From: Candidatus Multivorans sp. | GTDB lineage: Bacteria; Acidobacteriota; Thermoanaerobaculia; Multivoradales; Multivoraceae | Assembly: GCA_965222875.1 (NCBI GenBank) | Contig: CBDCVC010000002.1 | Coordinates: 1,574,583-1,638,582, forward strand | Reading direction: 5' to 3' | Length of the DNA: 64,000 nucleotides | Shown: positions 31,626-45,070 of the stretch, piece after piece | Numbering within the stretch: the stretch's first letter is position 1 | How the letters are laid out: every line of letters begins with the position of its first letter | Program-made: the position numbers and the translations under genes | Notes under the pieces: model-generated | What the model was told of the DNA's origin: nothing | Seen by the model: the letters and a program-made list of their open reading frames with translations, nothing else | The model's database searches: none

Positions 31626-33557
31626 TTGAGCAAGATCATTGGAATCGACTTGGGGACGACGAACAGCGTCGTCGCCTTGATGGAGGGTTCGGACCCGAAG
31701 GTGGTTCCGAACTCGGAGGGAAGCCGGACGACACCGTCGATCGTCGCGTTCACGGACAAGGGTGAGCGCCTGGTCGGTCAGGTTGCCAAGCGGCAGGCGG
31801 TGACCAATCCGCAGAACACGATCTTCTCGATCAAGCGCTTCATGGGACGGCGCCTGGGCGAGGTTTCGGGGGAGCAGAAGATGGTTCCCTACTCGGTCGC
31901 GAGTTCGGGCGACGACGTCCAGATCGAGGCCGTAGGCAAGAGCTACAGCCCGCCGCAGATCTCGGCCATGGTGCTGCAGAAGCTGAAGCAGGCGGCGGAG
32001 GACTACCTGGGCGGTCCGGTCGACCGGGCGGTGATCACCGTGCCGGCGTACTTCAACGACGCCCAGCGCCAGGCAACGCGCGACGCCGGCCAGATCGCCG
32101 GTCTCACGGTGGAGCGGCTGGTCAACGAGCCCACCGCGGCGGCGCTCGCCTACGGCCTGGACAAGGAGGGGGACCGCACGATCGCCGTGTACGACTTCGG
32201 CGGCGGCACCTTCGATATCTCCATCCTCGAAGTGGGTGAGGGCGTCGTCGAAGTGAAGTCGACGAACGGCGACACCCACCTCGGTGGCGACAACATGGAT
32301 CAGCGGATCATCGACTGGCTGCTGGCGGAGTTCAAGAAGGACCAGGGCATCGACCTGGGTCAGGACCCGATGGCCATGCAGCGCCTCAAGGAAGCGGGCG
32401 AGAAGGCGAAGATCGAGCTCTCCGGCGTGCAGGAGACCGAGCTCAACCTGCCCTTTGTCACCGCCGACGCCTCGGGTCCCAAGCACCTGAACTACAAGCT
32501 GTCCCGGAGCAAGCTGGAGCAGCTCACGGAGGACCTGGTCCGGAGTACGCTCGAGCCCTGCCGGCAGGCGCTGAAGGATGCCGGTTTCTCCACCAGTGAC
32601 ATCGAGGAAGTCGTCATGGTCGGCGGCCAGACCCGGATGCCCGCGGTGCAGAGCGCGGTCAAGGAGTTCTTCGACCGCGAGCCGCACCGCGGCGTGAATC
32701 CGGACGAGGTCGTGGCGATCGGCGCCGCGGTTCAGGGCGGCGTGCTGGCCGGGGACGTCACGGATGTCCTGCTGCTGGATGTCACGCCGCTTTCGCTCGG
32801 CATCGAGACGCTGGGCGGCGTCTTCACCAAGCTGATCGACCGCAACACGACCATTCCCACGCGCAAGAGCGAGACCTTCTCGACCGCCGGGGACAACCAG
32901 ACCTCGGTGGAGGTCCACGTGCTGCAGGGCGAGCGCGAAATGGCGGGTCACAACCGGACCCTCGGGCGCTTCCACCTGGTGGGCATCCCGCCGGCGCCCC
33001 GGGGCCTGCCGCAGATCGAGGTCACCTTCGACATCGACGCGAACGGCATCGTCAACGTCTCGGCCAAGGACAAGGGCACGGCCAAGGAGCAGAAGATCAC
33101 GATCAGCGGCTCCGGCGGCATCGACAAGGACGAGATCGAGCGCATGGTCGCTGACGCCCAGGCGCACAGCGACGAGGACAAGAAGCGCCGGGAGGTCATC
33201 GACGCCCGGAACCAGCTCGACTCCCTGGTCTATGGCGCCGAGAAGAACCTCGCCGAGCACAAGGACAAGCTGGAAGGCAGCGATGTGGCTGAGATCGAAT
33301 CGGCGATCGAGGAAGCCAAGAAGAGCATGGAGGCGGCGGACGCCGCCGCGATGGCGAGCGCCTCGGCCAGCCTGACCCAGGCCTCGCACAAGCTGGCCCA
33401 GGTCATCTACGAGCAGACGAGCGCCCAGGCGCCGCCGGAGGGTGCGCAGGGCGCCGGCGCCGGCCCGGAAGACCAGGCTGCGGGGGACGAGGACGACGTG
33501 ATCGACGCCGACTTCGTCGACGTGGACGACTCCACCGGGGACGAGAAGGCAAACTAG
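31626..33557 (+). CDS. dnaK: Molecular chaperone DnaK (Hsp70)
   Basis: 643 aa with the [18 protein letters not shown] and VGGQTRMP signatures and a C-terminal substrate-binding and lid region. Confidence 0.95.
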   Translation: MSKIIGIDLGTTNSVVALMEGSDPKVVPNSEGSRTTPSIVAFTDKGERLVGQVAKRQAVTNPQNTIFSIKRFMGRRLGEVSGEQKMVPYSVASSGDDVQIEAVGKSYSPPQISAMVLQKLKQAAEDYLGGPVDRAVITVPAYFNDAQRQATRDAGQIAGLTVERLVNEPTAAALAYGLDKEGDRTIAVYDFGGGTFDISILEVGEGVVEVKSTNGDTHLGGDNMDQRIIDWLLAEFKKDQGIDLGQDPMAMQRLKEAGEKAKIELSGVQETELNLPFVTADASGPKHLNYKLSRSKLEQLTEDLVRSTLEPCRQALKDAGFSTSDIEEVVMVGGQTRMPAVQSAVKEFFDREPHRGVNPDEVVAIGAAVQGGVLAGDVTDVLLLDVTPLSLGIETLGGVFTKLIDRNTTIPTRKSETFSTAGDNQTSVEVHVLQGEREMAGHNRTLGRFHLVGIPPAPRGLPQIEVTFDIDANGIVNVSAKDKGTAKEQKITISGSGGIDKDEIERMVADAQAHSDEDKKRREVIDARNQLDSLVYGAEKNLAEHKDKLEGSDVAEIESAIEEAKKSMEAADAAAMASASASLTQASHKLAQVIYEQTSAQAPPEGAQGAGAGPEDQAAGDEDDVIDADFVDVDDSTGDEKAN

Positions 33558-33639
33558 CGTCGCCATGGTTCAGTCCCGGTCGTCGCGGCAGCGCCGCCCC
33601 CCGTTCCGCCGCCGGCGGGTGGGGGGCGGTCGCTACGTG

Positions 33640-33996
33640 ATGATCAGCAAGGTGGCGGAGCGCTACGACATTCATCCGCAGACCCTTCGCCTCTACGAGC
33701 GAGAGGGACTGCTCCAGCCGCAACGAAGCGACGGCAACACGCGGCTCTACGACGAGGACGCCCTCCACCGCCTGGAGTCGATCCTGACGCTGACCCGCGA
33801 CATGGGCGTCAACCTCGCGGGCGTCGAGGTCATTCTGACCCTCCAGGAGCGGCTGGCGCGGCTGGAGGCGGAGCGGGACCGCCTGCTCGAGATCGTGGAG
33901 CGGGACGTGTCGGACCGGCGCCGCGGAGTACGGCGGCGGCACGCACTGGTCTGGGTGCGAAGCGGCGCCCTGGTCAAGGTCGAGGAAGAGGATTGA
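33640..33996 (+). CDS. hspR: MerR-family heat-shock repressor HspR
   Basis: MerR HTH (MISKVAERYDIHPQTLRLYEREGLL) and a coiled-coil tail, immediately downstream of dnaK as in dnaK-hspR operons. Confidence 0.7.
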   Translation: MISKVAERYDIHPQTLRLYEREGLLQPQRSDGNTRLYDEDALHRLESILTLTRDMGVNLAGVEVILTLQERLARLEAERDRLLEIVERDVSDRRRGVRRRHALVWVRSGALVKVEEED

Positions 33997-34742
33997 ACGA
34001 GACGGGTTGCGAGTTCTGCCAGGGGCGTGGCTGGATCGTCGACGTGGTGACGAACCGCGCGCGACGTTGCAGTTGCTACCAGGCGCGGGTTCGCAGCCGC
34101 CGGCTCGACGACCTCGGGATTCCGCCGAAGTACCAGGGCTGCCGGCTCAGCAACTTCCGCCTCGCCGGCGACGCGAACGACCAACTACGGGCTGCGCGCC
34201 GCAGTTGCGAGCTGTACATCGAGGACTTCCTCGAACTCGATGGCTCCCTGCGCGAGACGGGCCTGGTGTTCGTGGGCCCGAGCGGGCGCGGCAAGACGCA
34301 CCTCGCGGTGGCGGTGCTGATCGAACTCGCCGAGCAGTACGGCGTCCGGGGCCGTTTCGTCGACTTCACGAGCCTGGTCGCGGACATTCAGGCCACGTTC
34401 CAGCAAGACGCCGATCTGAGCCAGGCCGATCTGCTGCGACCGTTGCAGGAGGCGGATGTCGTGGTGGTCGACGAGCTCGGCGCGAGGCGGCCGACGCCCT
34501 TCGTCTCGGACACTCTCTACCTGCTGATCAACCGCCGCTACATGGCCAGGCGGCCGACCCTGTTCACCAGCAACTACTACCTGACGTCCGATGGCGACGG
34601 TGAGGACATTCCCACCGGCCAGACGCTCGCCGGCCGCGTTCCGGCAAGCCTGGTCAGCCGTCTCCACCAGATGGCCAAGCCGATCCCCATCGACGCCGTC
34701 GGCGACTACCGGCACGAACTCCAGGCCCATCAGCACCGGTAA
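33993..34742 (+). CDS. DnaC/IstB-like AAA+ ATPase with N-terminal zinc-ribbon (CxxC…CxC)
   Basis: Walker A (FVGPSGRGKTHLAVAV), Walker B (VVVDELG) and an N-terminal CEFCQGRGW…CSCYQ motif. Its start overlaps the hspR stop. Confidence 0.55.
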   Translation: MNETGCEFCQGRGWIVDVVTNRARRCSCYQARVRSRRLDDLGIPPKYQGCRLSNFRLAGDANDQLRAARRSCELYIEDFLELDGSLRETGLVFVGPSGRGKTHLAVAVLIELAEQYGVRGRFVDFTSLVADIQATFQQDADLSQADLLRPLQEADVVVVDELGARRPTPFVSDTLYLLINRRYMARRPTLFTSNYYLTSDGDGEDIPTGQTLAGRVPASLVSRLHQMAKPIPIDAVGDYRHELQAHQHR

Positions 34743-34835
34743 ACACCTTGGGTGTAGGACGCCGGCGCACCCAGTTCTTGCCGCCCGACCAGGGCGCCGT
34801 TTCGCGTATTTCCAATAACGTATGGAAGTACGCGA

Positions 34836-36697
34836 TGAAGCGACCGACCCGAGAAGAGGTGATGCCGTGGGCGGCCGGCTTCGGTGCGGCCGCGCTGGCC
34901 TGCCTGCTCGTGGCCGCGGCGCGGCCGGCGCCGGCCCCCAACCCGAGTCCGGCGCCCGGACCGATCGCGCTGCCGGCGGAGATCCGGGTAGGAGTCGCTA
35001 CGGACCTGGACCGCCTGGAAGCTCCTTGCTGCGAAACACCCTCCTGGTTGGTGGCCGAGGACGGCGAACGGTACGAGGTCGATGGGAGCTTCAGCGTGCG
35101 GCCGGCGCCGGGGAAGGCGAGTCCCGGCGTACATCGGCTCCAGGTAGCGGCTCTGCGGGATCGGTGGCAGGCAGGGGAGCTTGCCACCCGACTCGCGGGA
35201 CTGTTCGATCAGGAAGCGGACTCGGTCCTCGACGCCGCCACCGGGCTGTACCGGGTTCGGGTCGGGCGCTACGCGAGCCGGGAGCAGGCCGAGGAGGCTC
35301 GTGGTCGACTCCGGGTCGAGGGGTTCGACGACAGTTGGATCGCGATTGAGGGCGCGGTGCTGGAGGATCCCGGGTTCGTCGTCGAGGGCATCGGCGTCGT
35401 CGAGGGCATCGGTTGGATTGCGGGCAGGCGGCTCCGGTTCGAGTCGGTCGGGGACGTCGTTCGCATTCTCGGCCGCCGTTACCGGGGTGCTCTCGAACTG
35501 TTCGTGAACGATCGCGCCGGCCTGAACGTCGTGAACGCGGCGCCGCTCGAGGACTACGTGCGCGCTGTGGTGCCGGTCGAGTTGGGCCCGGACCTGTACC
35601 CCGAGCTCGAAGCGACCAAGGCGCAGGCGGTCGCCGCGCGCACCTACGCGGTGCGGCATCGCGGCGAGTTCGACGACGAGGGCTACGACATCTGCGCAAC
35701 GCCCCTGTGCCAGGTCTATGGCGGACTGGAGGCGGAGCATCCGCGCTCAGACGCGGCGGTGGCGGCTACCCGCGGCGAGATCCTGGTCCGGTCCGGCCAT
35801 GCCCTCGAGGCCCTCTTCACGGCGAGTTGCGGCGGCAGCACGGAACTTGTGGGCAACGTCTTCCCGCGTTTGGCTGGAAACGGTCCGGCCGGCGCCGCGT
35901 GCGTCGAGGGCGGAATCGTGCCGCTGGTCGGGGAAGCCGGAGGAACGCCGGAGCAGCACCTGCTGAAGGCGCTTGGCCTGGGCAGAGTGCGGGAGCGCCG
36001 GCGGAGCGAGCGCCTGCATCGGGCCCGGTCCAGGGGCGCGCTCAAGGTCGTGGCCGGGAACCTGGGGCGGATCGACGGCCGCTGGCTGCAACTGCGCAGG
36101 GATGGCGTGCGGAGATTGGTGCCCCTGGCGCCCGAGGCCGCCCTGTTGACCGCCGAAGCGCCGCCCGGCGCGTCGCCGGCGGACCTGGGCGTCCCGGTCG
36201 GGGCGCTCGCCATGGCGCCCGGGGATCGGGTCAGGGCCTACGTCGTCGGCGGTCGTGCGGCCCTCGTGGTCCACGAGACGCCTGCTGTGGGAGGCCAACC
36301 CATTGCTGTGCCCTGGTCGGTGTGGCGGCCTCACGGCTCGCTGCGGGAGGCGGTCGAGAAGCGCTTTCCCGGCCTGGGGTTGGTTTCGTTGAACGTGCTC
36401 GAGCGGGGGGTCTCGGGCCGGATAGCAAGGCTCGACCTGGTCGGCGAACGGCGCTCGGTCGAGGTTCGGGGCCTGGCCATCCGCTGGCTCCTCGACCTAC
36501 CGGAGAACCTGGTCCGGATGACCGCCGAAATCGGCGCCGGCGATGTCGCGGGCTGGCGGTTCGAGGGCGCGGGCCGTGGACACGGCGTCGGCATGTGCCA
36601 GATCGGCGCCTACCTCATGGCGCAGCGGGGTCTGAGCTACCGCGAGATTCTCTGGCACTACTACGGAGCGGTCGACATCGGTCGCTTTGGATCGTGA
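34836..36697 (+). CDS. SpoIID/LytB-domain protein with SPOR domain
   Basis: Signal peptide and a SPOR-like segment (LQVAALRDRWQAGELATRLAG…YRVRVGRYASREQAEEARGRL). The SpoIID core has its conserved motifs (LEDYVRAVVPVE, AQAVAARTYAV, GYDICATPLCQVY, FTASCGGSTE, GHGVGMCQIGA). Confidence 0.7.
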
Positions 36698-37740
36698 CCG
36701 CGGACGGCGAACGAGAGGTCTGGCTGGACGGACCGCAGCCCTGGCGCCGGACCCGGCGTCTCGCCCGGGCCCTGACCGCGATCGAGAGCGGGGCCGAGGC
36801 CGCCTGGGCAAGGGTCGCGTTCCGGCGTGCGGGCTATGCTGTGACCGTCGGTTTGACGGGCCCGCCCGGAGTTGGAAAGAGCACGCTGACGGCCGCGCTG
36901 GCCCGGGAGCTCCGGAATCGAGGCGAACCGGTGGCGGTGCTGGCGTTCGATCCCACCAGCCCGCTGACCGGCGGCGCGGTGCTCGGCGACCGGGTTCGCA
37001 TGTCCGACCTGGAGACGGACCCGGGCGTGTTCATCCGATCGATGGCCTCGCGCGGCGCTTCCGGCGGCCTGGCGCGGGCCGCCGCCGCCGCCGTCGACCT
37101 GCTCGACGCGGCGGGTTTCCCGTGGATTCTGGTGGAGACGGTGGGCGCGGGGCAGGCTCAGACGGCGATCCGCCGCAACTCCGACCTGGTGGTGCTGGTT
37201 ACAGCACCCGGTCTGGGCGACGGCGTCCAGGCGATGAAGAGCGGCACGATGGAGATCGCGGATGTCTTCGTCGTCAACAAGAGCGACCTGCCCGGCGCCG
37301 GCGCCGCGCGCCGCGCGATCGAGGACGCCGTCGGGCCGGAGCGCGGCGTTGGGGCTGGGCGGCCGCCGGTGGTTTCGACGGTGGCGCGAGCAGGCGAGGG
37401 GGCGGAGGAACTGCTTGATGCGGTCTCCGGGTGCTTCGATGGGCTGAAGGCCGGCGGGGCAATCGCCGCCCGCCGGTCGGCCCGTTTCCGCCGCCGGGTG
37501 CTCGACCTGTACCGGTACTCCGTGCTGCGGCTCGCCATGGACGCCGTCGAAGCCGGCAGCTTCGCCCCGGCAGCGGGGGATCCGGACCGGCCGGCTGCTC
37601 TGGACGGAGCGCCGGAATCGCAACAGAATCGGGCGCCCGCGAACGCCGGACCGCGTAGTGTGGATCCCTACGACCTTGCGGACCGGCTGGTCGCCGAGTT
37701 CGTCGGCGGATTCCGGCGAGACGTAGGAGCACGTTCATGA
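36694..37740 (+). CDS. meaB: Methylmalonyl-CoA mutase-associated GTPase MeaB/ArgK
   Basis: GTG start overlapping the spoIID stop (GTGA). P-loop GPPGVGKST, and switch and base-specificity motifs (DPTSPLTGGAVLGDR, VVNKSDL). Confidence 0.8.
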   Translation: MTADGEREVWLDGPQPWRRTRRLARALTAIESGAEAAWARVAFRRAGYAVTVGLTGPPGVGKSTLTAALARELRNRGEPVAVLAFDPTSPLTGGAVLGDRVRMSDLETDPGVFIRSMASRGASGGLARAAAAAVDLLDAAGFPWILVETVGAGQAQTAIRRNSDLVVLVTAPGLGDGVQAMKSGTMEIADVFVVNKSDLPGAGAARRAIEDAVGPERGVGAGRPPVVSTVARAGEGAEELLDAVSGCFDGLKAGGAIAARRSARFRRRVLDLYRYSVLRLAMDAVEAGSFAPAAGDPDRPAALDGAPESQQNRAPANAGPRSVDPYDLADRLVAEFVGGFRRDVGARS

Positions 37741-37880
37741 TCACCGCTCTGGACCACATCGCGATCGCCGTACCGTCGATTGAAGAGGCGAGGACGTTCT
37801 ACGAGAACCTGGGCCTGTCGGTCGCCGGAATCGAGGAGGTCGAGCACGAGGGCGTGCGGGTCGAGCTCTCCGAGCCGGCG
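37737..37880 (+). pseudogene. Methylmalonyl-CoA epimerase (glyoxalase/VOC family) N-terminal remnant, 47 codons only
   Basis: [49 protein letters not shown] matches the first roughly 45 residues of methylmalonyl-CoA epimerase, whose full length is about 130-150 aa. No continuation is found in any frame. The carA GTG start overlaps its stop. Confidence 0.55.
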
Positions 37881-38953
37881 TCGTGAGCGGCCGCCTCATT
37901 CTCGAGGACGGCGCCGTCTTCCACGGGGAGGCGCTGGTCGAGGGCAGTCGCTTTGCCGAGATCGTCTTCAACACCTCGATGACGGGCTACCAGGAGATCC
38001 TGACCGACCCCTCGTACCGCGGGCAGATCGTGATCATGACCCAGCCCCACATCGGCAACTACGGCGCCTACGACGACGCAGCGGAGTCGCACCGGGTCTG
38101 GGTGGAAGGTTTTGTCGCCCGCGAGTTCACCAGCCGCCGCTCCGGTATGGGGGACACGGACCTGGGCGCCTTTCTGCAGGCGAACGGCGTTCCGACTCTG
38201 GCGGGCATCGACACCCGTGCCGCCGTGCGCCGGCTCCGCGACTTCGGCGCCATGCGCGGCATGATCACGAGTTGCGACCGTCCCGATGCGGAGCTGATCG
38301 AGGAGGTGCGGCGGCAGCCCACGATGGAGGGACGTGCTCTCGCCGATGAAGTCACCTGCGAGGCGCCGTACGAGATGGAGGCGGAAGGCGAGGAGAAGTA
38401 CCGGCTCGCGGTCTACGACTTCGGTGTCAAGCAGAACATTCTGCGTTCCCTGGTCCGGCACGGCGCTCGCGTCACGGTGCTGCCGGCGCGCACGCCGGCC
38501 AGCGAGTGTCTGGCCATGGGCGTCGACGGCGTGGTGCTGTCGAACGGCCCGGGCGATCCGGCGCCGCTGCGCGAGATCGTCCGCGAGGTGCGCGAACTGG
38601 TCGAGGCCAGGGTGCCGGTGTTCGGTATCTGCCTGGGGCACCAACTGCTGGGTCTGGCTCTGGGCGGCAAGACCTTCAAGCTGAAGTTCGGCCACCACGG
38701 CAGCAACCAGCCGGTGCGGGACGAGGAGACCGGCCAGGTCTCGATCACGAGCCAGAACCACGGCTTCGCGCTCAGCGCGGACAGCCTTCCCGACGACTGC
38801 AAGGTGGCGGCGGTCAATCTGAACGACGGCACCGTCGAGGCGTTCAAGGCGATCGGGAGACCGATCTTCTCGGTCCAGTACCACCCGGAGGCGGCGCCGG
38901 GACCGCACGATGCGGCGCGGCTGTTCGGGGAGTTCCTGGAAGTCTGTGGCTGA
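37874..38953 (+). CDS. carA: Carbamoyl-phosphate synthase small (glutaminase) subunit CarA
   Basis: [17 protein letters not shown]…[22 protein letters not shown]…, and a class-I GATase triad region (GICLGHQLL, …QYHPE). Confidence 0.85.
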   Translation, partial: AGVVSGRLILEDGAVFHGEALVEGSRFAEIVFNTSMTGYQEILTDPSYRGQIVIMTQPHIGNYGAYDDAAESHRVWVEGFVAREFTSRRSGMGDTDLGAFLQANGVPTLAGIDTRAAVRRLRDFGAMRGMITSCDRPDAELIEEVRRQPTMEGRALADEVTCEAPYEMEAEGEEKYRLAVYDFGVKQNILRSLVRHGARVTVLPARTPASECLAMGVDGVVLSNGPGDPAPLREIVREVRELVEARVPVFGICLGHQLLGLALGGKTFKLKFGHHGSNQPVRDEETGQVSITSQNHGFALSADSLPDDCKVAAVNLNDGTVEAFKAIGRPIFSVQYHPEAAPGPHDAARLFGEFLEVCG

Positions 38954-38999
38954 CCCGGACCGGCGGGGCGCGGCGCCCGCGGGTCGCGGTGGGGACGGT

Positions 39000-40199
39000 G
39001 TGGTCTGGTGGATCGCGGCGCGGTATCTGCTCGGCGCGCGCAGCCGGCTGCTGAGCGGTACGGCGCGCTCGGCTCTCGGGTCGACCGCCCTGGGCGTGGC
39101 CGCCATGGTCATCTCCATGGCGCTGATGAGCGGCTACAGCGACAGCGTCCAGAGCCGGCTGCTCGAGGCGGGCCCGCTGATCGTCTCACCGCTCGGTGAC
39201 GCCTCGGTGGACCCGGGCGCCGCGGACCGGATCGCTGAGCGTCTGCGGGCCCTGCCGGGCGCCGGAACGGTCGCCGTGACCGTGGCCGGCCAGGGTTCGC
39301 TCGCGAGCAGCGGCAATCCGGCGGGCGTCGATGTCTTGACGCGCGGCGTGGTACCCGGCGCTTCGTCCTTCGGCGCGACCGAGGGTCAACTCGCCCGTGG
39401 CGATGTGGGGATCGAGGCGATCGTCGTGGGTCGTGAGCTTCAGCGCACCCTTGGCGTGTCGGAAGGGGACCTGGTGCGCCTGACGGCGATCGTGGCCTCG
39501 GGTTCTTCCGGACCCCGATTCGCCTACCGCACGCTCCGCATCGGCGGCGCCTTCGAGACCGGATTCTCCGAGTACGACCGCAGCTATTCCGTGGTCCACC
39601 GGGACACGGCGGTTGCTGTCGGGGGAGGCCGGGTGGTCCTCGAGGTGACCACGGCGCCCGGCGCCTCTGTGTCCGACGTGCAGGAGAACATCGAGGAACT
39701 CGTGGGCGCCGATGCGCTGGTGACCGACTGGCGTCTCAGCAACCGCGACATCTTCGCCGCCTTCCGGCTTCAGAAGTGGGGCCTGTTCCTGATTCTGGGC
39801 CTGATCGTGCTCGTGTCGACGTTCAATATCGCGTCCGCGCTGGTGGTCCTGGTCCGGGAGCGGGGGAGGGACACCGCGGTGCTCGCCGCGCTCGGCCTCG
39901 GTCCGCGGCGCGTGCAACGTGTGTTCCTGCTCGGCGGGATGAGCCTGGGGGCGGTGGGGACGGCCCTCGGCCTTGGTCTCGGCGCCCTGGTCAGCGTGAT
40001 CATCACCCGCTACGAACTCGTGCGGTTCGATCCGGGCGTGGCGGAGATCTACTTCATCAGCAGCGTTCCGTTCGACGTGCGGGCCCTGGACCTGCTGGCG
40101 GTGGCCGGCTTCAGCCTGCTGGTGACGGGGCTCGCCTGCTGGTGGCCGGCGAGGCTGGGGGCGTCGGTCGAGCCGGCACGCGCCCTGCGCTGGGAGTAG
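39000..40199 (+). CDS. FtsX-like ABC transporter permease (LolC/E / MacB-type), inserted between carA and carB
   Basis: N-terminal transmembrane helix (VVWWIAARYLL), a large periplasmic domain, then three C-terminal transmembrane helices with a conserved FtsX region (FNIASALVVLVRERGRDTAVLAALG). The start at the GTG at 39000 is uncertain. Confidence 0.6.
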   Translation: MVWWIAARYLLGARSRLLSGTARSALGSTALGVAAMVISMALMSGYSDSVQSRLLEAGPLIVSPLGDASVDPGAADRIAERLRALPGAGTVAVTVAGQGSLASSGNPAGVDVLTRGVVPGASSFGATEGQLARGDVGIEAIVVGRELQRTLGVSEGDLVRLTAIVASGSSGPRFAYRTLRIGGAFETGFSEYDRSYSVVHRDTAVAVGGGRVVLEVTTAPGASVSDVQENIEELVGADALVTDWRLSNRDIFAAFRLQKWGLFLILGLIVLVSTFNIASALVVLVRERGRDTAVLAALGLGPRRVQRVFLLGGMSLGAVGTALGLGLGALVSVIITRYELVRFDPGVAEIYFISSVPFDVRALDLLAVAGFSLLVTGLACWWPARLGASVEPARALRWE

Positions 40200-40271
40200 C
40201 GGCGCAGCCGTTCGTCTCGCTGCTCTTGGTGCGGTTCCAGCACGGGCTACGAGAGGTAGTTGAGCTGAATT

Positions 40272-40305
40272 GGGAGGAGGGGTTGCTCGAAAGCAACCCC
40301 TCCCT
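40272..40305 (+). terminator. Strong GC-rich hairpin (12-bp stem, gggaggaggggttgc-tcgaaa-gcaacccctccc) 70 bp downstream of the permease gene
   Basis: Perfect stem read in the sequence. There is no downstream T-tract, which is common in high-GC genomes. It lies in a ~400-bp leader before carB. Confidence 0.35.
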
Positions 40306-40597
40306 GGTGTGAATCGCGCGCCGCCGGGTTGGACCCGCCGACGCGGAGGTTTGAAGGTTTGAGGCAGGTCCGGACGGTGTCCGGAGGGTGGGCTGCAGTT
40401 CCTCTGGCCGCGGACGCGGTCCAGTCGCAACCCGGTAGGTGACGACGCAGGAGTCGGGGCTTGATGCCGACGACTCGGTGCCGCCTCTATGAGAACTATA
40501 CGGTAGTCGAGGCCAAAGTGTTTAGCCCGCCGTGACATTTCTGCAGCATTCTTCTCCGTGGACGGGCTGCCGGGTTGCATGTATACTCCGCGCGCTC

Positions 40598-43816
<3,219 letters not shown>

Positions 43817-43822
43817 AGCCTC

Positions 43823-44100
43823 ATGTCCAGCCCTCCTTCATGGCGCGCCAGGCCGACATGGCTTTGTTGGTCGGGCGGAAAGGAATCAGCATGGGCCCTG
43901 CGGGTACTGAGGGCTGGTCCTGCCTGGGATGTCCGGGGCCTGATCGGGCTGGTGAACGAGAGGAACGGCCGGGCGATCCTGCATGGCGTACGCCACACGT
44001 TGCTCGAGCGGCAGGCCGCGGCGGTGGGGCTATCGCTTCGCTTGATCCCGCTCGATTGGACTGCTTCCGGGAGCGAACACGACGCGGCCGTGCGGCGGGG
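43823..44100 (+). pseudogene. Remnant of Dph6-related PP-loop ATP pyrophosphatase (DUF71/MJ0570 family), N-terminal ~90 codons
   Basis: …WLCWSGGKESAWAL…GLIGLVNERNGRAILHGVRHTLLERQAAAVGLSLRLIPLDW… matches the N-terminus of the SGGKDS PP-loop family. Similarity is lost after about residue 95, and no continuation is found in other frames. Confidence 0.4.
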
Positions 44101-44149
44101 TCGCGACACGTCGATGCCACTCCTGGTGCAGGCGCAGTTGGCGAGCAAA

Positions 44150-44511
44150 CTCCTGCATCCGGAACCGACCCATTCCGCCGCTTCGCGCGTTTTGCACGCT
44201 TGCTGCGCTACGTGGACGACCATCTAGCCGACGATCTGGATGTGGATGCCATCGCCAAGGTTGCGGCGATGTCGCCTTGGGGCTTCTCGAAGTACTTCCG
44301 GCAGCATGCCGGGGTGACGTTCGCAAGGTGGTTGGCTCGCCATCGAATCGAACATGCTTGCCGGTTGCTCCGCGAGACCAACTTCGCCGTGGCCAGGGTT
44401 GGAGAGTCCATTGGGTACAACAGCGAACGGACGTTCCGCCGTGCCTTTCAGGAGCATGTCGGTTGCAGCCCGTCGCAGTACAAGAAGGCCTCAATGCAGG
44501 TGGACACGTAG
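44150..44511 (+). pseudogene. AraC-family HTH domain, C-terminal fragment without sensor domain
   Basis: …FARLLRYVDDHLADDLDVDAIAKVAAMSPWGFSKYFRQHAGVTFARWLARHRIEHACRLLRETNFAVARVGESIGYNSERTFRRAFQEHVGCSPSQYKK is a complete dual-HTH AraC C-terminal domain. The in-frame upstream sequence overlaps carB and is non-coding-like. Confidence 0.5.
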
Positions 44512-44753
44512 GGGGCAGCGGCGGATCCAGGATCTGGCGCCAGGCGCCCGGTCGCCGGGAGCAGGTCGCGCCTCTGGATCTGGCCGGTCTCGCGCGAATC
44601 TGACCGATATCGGCCAGTTTGTGACCGGACATCTCTCACATTCGGCTCTAGGCTGGTTGGGCAGATGAAGAAACCCTCGAAGCACTCGGTCGCCTACGGA
44701 TGAGTCGTTTGGCGCCGAGGCTGTAGCACCTACACAAAGGGAGGGTTAGTTCC

Positions 44754-45017
44754 ATGATTCAGAGCCTCAAGAGATCTCGGAGTATGGCGATTTGCGGCGT
44801 GCTTCTGATGTTGCTGTCGCTCAGCGCTTCTTCGTCAGTCTTCGCCAGTTGCCGATCCTGCAACTGGGGAACCGGCGAGTGCATGAATGACGGCAGCGCC
44901 GGTAGCTGCAACAGGACGATCGTGATCGTGTACGACGAGAACGGGAACGTTGAGAGCCGGACAGTCACTTGCGAGGAGGAAGGACGATGTGGTGACTGGG
45001 GGCCACCGGAGTATTGA
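44754..45017 (+). CDS. Small secreted cysteine-rich protein (87 aa; signal peptide + ~57-aa mature part with 6 Cys)
   Basis: GGGAGGG ribosome-binding site 9 nt upstream of the ATG. Signal peptide MIQSLKRSRSMAICGVLLMLLSLSASSSVFA|SC…. GC content is locally lower (~55%). It lies immediately upstream of the IS1634 left end. Confidence 0.5.
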   Translation: MIQSLKRSRSMAICGVLLMLLSLSASSSVFASCRSCNWGTGECMNDGSAGSCNRTIVIVYDENGNVESRTVTCEEEGRCGDWGPPEY

Positions 45018-45070
45018 GGATGGTCAGAAGCGGCCTCACGCAGAAGCGCCATCAGTTCGCCATTGGCGCT

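Noticed and set aside
35413-36690. Upstream 425 aa of the 775-aa ORF that ends as MeaB
   Set aside because: It overlaps the well-supported SpoIID gene in another frame and is R/G/A-rich. MeaB homology begins only at the GTG at 36694.
40360-40400. PyrR-binding attenuator loop upstream of carB
   Set aside because: The sequence tccggagggtg only partially matches the ARUCCNGNGAGGYU consensus (GAGG is not in register). It is noted in a finding but not called as a feature.
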